Notes under the pieces: generated by a model
What the model saw: the letters and a program-made list of their open reading frames with translations, nothing else
Told to the model about the DNA's origin: nothing
Databases searched by the model: none
Assembly: GCA_964016885.1 (NCBI GenBank)
Contig: OZ024748.1
Coordinates: 50,840,001-50,904,000, forward strand
Direction: 5' to 3'
Length of the DNA stretch: 64,000 nt
DNA from: Eledone cirrhosa
Taxonomy: Eukaryota
Position numbers and translations under genes: made by a program
Shown here: in pieces, positions 56,480 to 64,000 of the stretch
Layout: every line of letters starts with the position of its first letter
Position numbering within the stretch: the stretch's first letter is position 1

Positions 56480-57150
56480 GGAAAGAAAGATAAATGGAAA
56501 GAAAGAAAGAAAGAAAAAAGAATGAAAGAAAGGTAGAAGGAACGAAAGAAAGGCAGAAAGAAAGAAAGACTGAAATAAAGCAAAGAAAGAAGGACATAAA
56601 GAAAGAAAGTACGAAAGAAAGACTAAAAGAAAGAAAAAAAGGAAAGAAAGAATGAAAGAAAGGTAGAAGGAACGAAAGAAAGACAAAAAGAAAGAAAGAC
56701 TGAAAGAAAGCAAATAAAGAAGGACAGAAAGAAAGAAAGTACGAAGGAAAGACTGAAAGAAAGAAAAAAGGAATGAAAGAATGAAAGAAAGGTAGAAGGA
56801 ACGAAAGAAAGGCAGAAAGAAAGAAAGACTGAAAGAAAGCAAAGAAAGAAGGACAGAAAGAAAGAAAGTACGAAGGAAAGACTGAAAGAAAGAAAAAAAG
56901 GAAAGAAAGAAAGAATGAAAGAAAGGTAGAAGGAACGAAAGAAAGACAGAAAGAAAGACTGAAAGAAAGCAAAGAAAGAAGGACAGAAAGAAAGAAAGTA
57001 CGAAAGAAAGACTGAAAGAAAGAAAAAATGAAAGAAAGATAGAAAGATAGAAAGAAAGACTGAAAGAAAGAGAGAAAGAAAAAAGGGAAGAAAGAAAGAA
57101 AGAGAGAAAGAAAAAAGGAAAGAAAGAAAGTTAAAAAGGAAGAAAAGAGG
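56480..57150. repeat. GAAA-based repeat with a higher-order unit of about 130 bp
   Basis: aatgaaagaaaggtagaaggaacgaaagaaag recurs 4 times. Confidence 0.9.
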
Positions 57151-58124
57151 TAAAAATTACTCAATTGGATTGGAGAAGTTGACTTCTGCGTAATTGTGTA
57201 TATATATATATGTGTGTATTATTATATGTATTAGGGAGTGTGTAAGTATATGTGGAAGGTATGTATGATCGAGTTTGTGTATGTATTTATTTGTGTGTGT
57301 ATGTGTGTGTGTATATGTGTGTGTGTATGTGTGTGTTTGCAGTTATTTTGTTTTCTATTTTAAAAAGTCCCCTTTCCTCATCCCTCCTAAATTGACCTCC
57401 ATGTATGTATTAATGTGTGTGTATGTACGTGTGAATGTATGTATGTGTGTGTGTATGTACGTGTGTATGTATTTATGTGTGTGTGTATGTACGTGTGTGT
57501 GTAATTATGTGTGTGTATGTACGTGTGTATGTATTTATGTGTGTGCGTGTACGTGTGTGTGTATTTATGGGTGTATATGGGTGTATGCATTTATGTATGT
57601 GTGTATGTATGTGTGTTTGTGTGTGTGTGTGTATATTTGTGTATATATTTATGTATGTATGTGTGTATATGTGTGTATGTATTATGTGCGTATGTCTGTA
57701 TGTATGTGTGTGTGTATGTAAGTGTGCATGTGTGTATGTATGTGTGTATATGTGTGTATGTGTTTATGTGTGTATGTGTGTAAGTATGTATGTGTGTATG
57801 TGTGTATATATGTATATATGTGTGTGTATGCATGTATGTGTGTATGTGTGTGCATGTGTGTATGTATGTATGTGCGTATTTATACGTGTATGAATATGAA
57901 TGTGTGTGTATATATGTGTGTGTTTGTTTGTTTGTTAGTCGTTATTTATTTTATCTTCTATTTTAAAAGTTCCCTCCCCTTCTCAACCTCTTCCCCCCTC
58001 CCTCCTTCTAAATTGACCTCTCATAATATTTGGCCGACATTACAGTAGATGATAGCTACTTAGAACGTCACTTATAACATGAAGGTGTGAACAGGGTTGG
58101 GGGCGATAAACTATATGAAGCTAT

Positions 58125-59070
58125 GGTTAACTGGCTGGCTGGTTGGCTGGTTGGTGGGCTGGTTGGCTGGTTGGTGGGCTGGCTGATTGGCTGGCTGGTT
58201 AACTGGCTGGCTAGTTACTGGCTTGTTGGCTGAATGGTTAACTGGCTGGTTGGCTGGGTGGTTGGCTGGCTGGTTGGCTGGCTGGTTGGCTGGCTGGTTA
58301 ACTGGCTGGCTGGTTGGCTGGCTGGTTGGCTGGCTAGTTAACTGGCTGACTGGTTGGCTGGCTGGTTGGCTGGCTGATTGGCTGGCTGGTTAACTGGCTG
58401 GCTGGTTGGCTGGCTGGTTGGCTGGCTAGTTAACTGGCTGACTGGTTGGCTGGCTGGTTGGCTGGCTGGTTGGCTGGCTGCTAGCTGGCTAGTTGGCTGG
58501 TTGGTTGGCTGGCTGGCTGGTTGGCTGGTTGGTTGGCTGGCTGGTTGGCTGGTTGGTTGGCTGGCTGATTGGCTGGTTGGTTAACTGGCTGGCTGGTTAC
58601 TGGCTTGTTGGCTGAATGGTTAACTGGCTGGTTGGCTGGCTGGTTGGCTGGCAGGTTAACTGGCTGGCTGGTTGGCTGGCTGGTTGGCTGGCTGGTTGGC
58701 TGGCTGGTTGGCTGGCTGGCTGGGTGGTTGGCTGGTTGGTTGGCTGGCTGATTGGCTGGCTGGTTAACTGGCTGGCTGATTAACTGGCTGGCTGGCTGGT
58801 TACTGGCTGGTTGGCTGGTTACTGGCTGGCTGGTTACTGGTTGGTTGGGTGGCTGGCTAACTGGCTGGCTGGCTGGTTGGCTGGTTGGTTGGCTGGCTGG
58901 CTGGTTAATGGCTGGTTGGCTGGTTGGCTGGTTGGCTGAATGGTTAACTGGCTGGCTGGTTTAATGGCTGGTTGGCTGGCTGGTTAAATGGCTGGTTGGC
59001 TGACTGGTTGACTGGCTGGCTGGTTTACTAGTTGGCTGGTTTACTGGTTGATCGGGTCGTTGGCTGATTG
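58125..59070. repeat. (TGGC/TGGT)n tetranucleotide-derived repeat
   Basis: Explains the GWLA ORFs. Confidence 0.95.
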
Positions 59071-61083
59071 GGTGGGTGGAGGTATTGATTAGACGTTTAG
59101 TTGCAGGATCTGTATCGGGGGTGATATAGGGGTGGGATAAGAATTCTTGTTTTGGGCGTATGTATGTATATATTATGTATCATTGTAAGCATGTATGTAA
59201 TGTATGTATGTATATATGTATGTATATATTTATGAATGCATGTATATATGTATGCAAGCATGTATATATATATATATGTGAATGCTTTTTTGTATGTATA
59301 TATTGTGTATGATTGTATGTATGTCTGTGTATATGTTTTTATGTAAGTAATATGTATGTATGCATTTATGTATGCATGTATAAACGTATAAATATATATA
59401 TTTAAATATATGTGTGTGTGTATGTATGCTTATGTATGCATGTACACGTGTGCATGTATGTATGTATACATACACACAGACACACACATATATATATAAA
59501 TATATATAAATATATATATAAATATATATAAACATATTTACACGTATGTGAATATATGTGTGTGCGTGTGTGTGTGTATGCGTATGTATGCATGTACACG
59601 TCTGCATGTATGTATGTATACATACACACACAGACACACTAATATATATATAAATATATATAAATATATATATAAATATATATAAACATATTTACACGTA
59701 TGTAAATATATGTATGTGTGTGGCTATATTTGTACTTGTGTATGTGTGCCCGTATATATGCAAATATCTCTATATTAAACCTGTTTACCAATTCTTAGAC
59801 GATACAAATAGATACCACTTAATATTCATTAACATTTACAATCATATTAAAGAGGACGATTAAAAATATTTGCGTTAACTAAAGCATCCTTATCTTACCA
59901 GCGTCTTTTGGACACTATGTAAATTATTGGTTCACGAATGTGTCTGGTGTGATGATGTGGAATTCCAGCCTATGTTACTCTTGATTACAACATAGTATTT
60001 CTGCATACCCCTTTTACAGAGCTTGCAATCAATAAAAAGCAACGGAAATTTTCAAACGGAAATATATTAGAACACTTTACAATTGTTTCTGTGCATATAT
60101 TTCTGTTTCTTTTCGTATTCTGAAACTGTTCTAGAACATATTTTACAACTCTGGGAATTCCCTTGGAGAATATACATACATCTGACTTAAACACACTTTC
60201 TTTAATTCCATGCAATGGATTGCTTCTTATCTTTCTCGTATTCGGAAGAAAGTTTCTGACAAATTCCTTTGCTCACCGGGAACATCTTTAATATATATAC
60301 GCATATCCACACTGTTTCACATAACCCATATATAGATATACACCCCCCACATACGATTTTCTCAAGGAGGGTAAAAGTGTAACAGAGTAAAAGGTCTTTC
60401 AATGAAATATGGAATATTTTGAATATAATCAGACATACATGTTTTTCCTGGGATGGATGTCAAGCTGGGTGGAAAGAAGTTATTAGGAGATTATCTAATT
60501 AGTATGTGATGTAAACAGTCAACGTTCGTTCATTTTAAGGGAGGATATTCAGGGACGTTTCCAGAATAACAAAATACATAGGATCCTATGCTAGAAAACA
60601 TTGTAAAGTAACCTATTAAACTGCCGTTTGAAAACTCCCTTGCGTTTTTTCATATTATATCATATATGTATGTTGTGTGTGTGTGTGTGTGCGCGTGCGT
60701 GTGTGTGTGTGTGCGTGCGTGTGTGTGTGTGAGTGCGTGCGCGTGTGTGTGCGTGCGTGCGTGTGTGTGTGAATGTGTGTTTATATGTATGTGTGTGTGT
60801 GTCTGTGTATATACGTGCATACATTTATATATAGCTTTTTCTAGTCGATTTTTAATTTTTTAAGAGGCATAATTGACTACTCGGTGTGTAATTCAAGACC
60901 CAAGCGAAATATTGACCACGTACTAAGATGTTTTAGATTTTGGACTGAATTTGAATGACCTCGAGTTATTAATGACCTTTACTTGTCAATTGTTCAACAG
61001 TCAAACAGGAAGAGATTTTAGGATAGAGAAGCTAAATTGTGTGTATGCTATGGTTATATGCTAGATTTAACTGCTTATGTATG

Positions 61084-61212
61084 TATATTATTGTATATTG
61101 GCAAATCCCGCCGAGGTTGACTTTGCCTTTCATCCTTACGGGGTCGATAAAATAAAGTACCAGTAATGCACTGGGTTATTGCTGGCCTTGTGCCTAAAGT
61201 AGAAACAATTAT
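61084..61212 (+). mobile_element. SINE S2, 3' part
   Basis: S2 core from about 61103. Confidence 0.85.
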
Positions 61213-61415
61213 TGTATATATATCCATGCAGTAAATTACACACTCATTCCAAAGCGGACAGGCATGCCCTTTCACGTACACGCCTGCACTTAAACACACG
61301 TATGCACATACAAACACACCAACACATATTCATACATATGTGCGTATGCGCATGTGTGCGTGTGTGTGTGTGTCTATGTTTATACATATATATGCAGAAA
61401 CACAGACACAGACAA

Positions 61416-61460
<45 letters not shown>

Positions 61461-61474
61461 TTAATATAGAAAAG

Positions 61475-61521
61475 CTTCTACAGGACTAGAACTGTTTCAT
61501 TCGTGAGAAATCATCAGGAAG
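61475..61521 (-). ncRNA. Type I hammerhead (family C), U.U at 10.1-11.1
   Basis: CUUC-CUGAUGA-U-UUC/ucac/GAA-U-GAAA-CAG/uucuaguc/CUG-UA-GAAG; GUA triplet; island of about 65 bp between TA tracts. Confidence 0.75.
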
Positions 61522-61525
61522 TTGA

Positions 61526-61613
<88 letters not shown>

Positions 61614-61678
61614 GTAGAGCACTCAGTCCATGGGACGAGTTTGGTATAAGTGGTTACACAACAGTTGGTTCACCATAC

Positions 61679-61716
61679 CGAGAACAATTGTTTCACCTTA
61701 GCGGATCCTCAACTCG
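61679..61716 (-). ncRNA. Minimal type I hammerhead, U3.G8 core, U.U at 10.1-11.1
   Basis: CGAG-UUGAGGA-U-CC/gcuaa/GG-U-GAAA-CAAUUG-UU-CUCG; palindromic ACAAUUGU. Confidence 0.65.
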
Positions 61717-61738
61717 TAATGGTCCATTGTATAACCAC

Positions 61739-61822
<84 letters not shown>

Positions 61823-61979
61823 ATATATATATATATATGTATGTATATATATATATGTATAAATATATATGTATGTATATATATATATATACATATATGT
61901 ATGTATATATATGTATATATATATAAGATGGCGTAGGACAGAACAAAGGTGAGGCACAAAACAAAGAAAATAATCCTCA

Positions 61980-62022
61980 GTCACTGAAGAGGTCACAGAA
62001 TGTGTGACGAAAGAACTTTGAC
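61980..62022 (+). ncRNA. Minimal type I hammerhead
   Basis: GUCA-CUGAAGA-G-GUCACA/gaaug/UGUGAC-GAAA-GAAC-UU-UGAC; canonical core, CUU triplet. Confidence 0.8.
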
Positions 62023-62173
62023 AATATATGAACAACCGTCCGGTTGTGGAGCCAACCAACCAACCGGAAATTTATAAATTTAAAAAAAAAATTTTTTTTT
62101 TAATTTACAATAAATTGTGGTGATACATCTGGTGCGTGTGTTTCTTATTGGCAACATGACCCTCCCAAAGTAT

Positions 62174-62255
<82 letters not shown>

Positions 62256-62269
62256 GTATATATATATAT

Positions 62270-62383
<114 letters not shown>

Positions 62384-62502
62384 GTATATATGTATATATA
62401 TGTATATATGTATATATATGTATATATGTATATATATATATATATGTATATATGTATATATATATATGTATATATATATGTATATATATATGTATATATA
62501 TG

Positions 62503-62533
<31 letters not shown>

Positions 62534-63169
62534 GTATATATATGTATATATATATATGTATATAAAAGTATATATATATACACATACATACATATACATA
62601 TCCCACATATACATATCCCAGCACAGCACTGTATATATATATATATATATGTACACATCTGTTCCAATTCATATATGTCTATGTGTATATATTTCTTTCT
62701 ATAGACGCATGCATTTACATTTGTGTGTGTGTGTAAGTCAATATACAAAGCGCTATGTGTGGAGTACGTTTCTCTGACAAGAGGACACCATAGTAGAGAA
62801 ATTGGTGGAAGTAGTATGTTTGAAAGCGATACAATAGAAATTATCAAACACCAACCGACATTGAGATCTAATAGTTAGTGATAATATAGTGAGGGGTTGG
62901 TGAAGTGAACGTAACGATGTGAGAAAGGGAGATAGGAGTGGTTGTGGTGAAAGGAGAGAGAAATATAGAGTAGGGGAAAGAAAGAGAGAGAGGGGGAGAG
63001 TGAGAGGGAAAGAGCGACAGAGATAGAGAGAAGGAGAGAGTGACACAGAGAGAAGAGAGTGAGAGGCAGAGAGAAATGTAGAGGACGGGAAAGTAAGAGA
63101 GAGAGAGGGAGAGAGCAACAGAGAAAGAGAGAGTGACAGAGAGGGAAAGAGAAAGAGTGAGAGGAATAG

Positions 63170-63212
<43 letters not shown>

Positions 63213-64000
63213 AATAGAGAAAGAAAGACAGAGGAAGGGAAAGAAAGCGAAAGAAAGAGAGAAGTTGGTTTTATAGCGCTGTTAGTCAATCGATGCAAAA
63301 CACACTAATGCAACTTTGGGAAGATGCTGCATTTGAAATAAACGAGCTGTTAACATGTTTGATGCAGTGTGCATTGCAAACGATCATGGTCTGGTCATCA
63401 TTGTGCTTGCTGGATTAACCCGTAGACACACACTTTACACCGTGTCAATCGTTTGCGATGGGAGGTGGGTGTCCTTATGATTCGGCAATATAATACAGGT
63501 TATCTATTTGCATGTGTCTGCGGTTGAGTTGCGAGGTCGGTATGATGTGTGAAGGGTCTTGTAAAGAGGTTAATCTCTATCTGACTATAACAGTGTCAAA
63601 TCGCCATTTACACTATTCTAAAAGAGAATCATGTTTAACAGTTTGGGTGACGTCATTGTGTATTGAAAAGGTCAACGTGGCGAATTCAGTAAATGTAATG
63701 GTGTCATCAATTTAGTTACATTTATATAACAATATTTGGAGTTATATTGCTATCGTTATTACAGTAATTATCTTCTTTTAACGATATTATATACCCTTTT
63801 GTTGTAGTAGTTGTTGTTATATAAACTATTGATTTTATTTCTGCTATTTCACAACGATCTTAATACACATTTATATTTTCCTTCTTTTAGCTGCCCTTAT
63901 TAGCCTCATTAGTAGCACAATTACCTCCATCATCAATTTAATATCACCATTATGCTTGAGAAAGCAATTATTAATGATGATGATTATGATGGTGATGATG

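Noticed and set aside
59985-60402. Two adjacent complex-looking minus-strand ORFs
   Set aside because: No recognisable domain (no proper C2H2 spacing) and no clear splice sites; may be a decayed element.
63417-63440. AACCCGTAGA match to the miR-100 5' end
   Set aside because: Only the first 10 nt match and there is no proper pre-miRNA hairpin around it; compatible with chance.

Overview
AT-rich, microsatellite-saturated eukaryotic DNA with one 200-N assembly gap. The SINE families and repeat landscape resemble an octopus (coleoid cephalopod) genome; this is inference from recalled repeat motifs, not a database match. None of the listed ORFs is a credible protein: nearly all are translations of (TA)n, (CA)n, (GA)n, (TTG)n or (TGGC)n repeats. 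The window holds at least three tRNA-derived SINE families, 3' relics of R4/Dong-like, RTE-like, probable L1/Tx1-like and Penelope-like retroelements, and a probable promoter with a short first coding exon (MDVNGDK|GTGAGT) on the minus strand near 34 kb. The main hidden signal is about 20 type I hammerhead-ribozyme motifs (intact, variant or decayed) from about 10 unrelated short element families, nearly all in islands between (TA)n tracts. Many have palindromic stem III, as in Penelope/retrozyme minimal hammerheads. Three unrelated copies carry a compensatory U3-A8 core in place of C3-G8, three have U.U at 10.1-11.1, and one has a stem II of about 105 nt. Several elements form long fold-back palindromes centred on or next to the ribozyme. 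All structures were folded by eye and none has been tested for activity.
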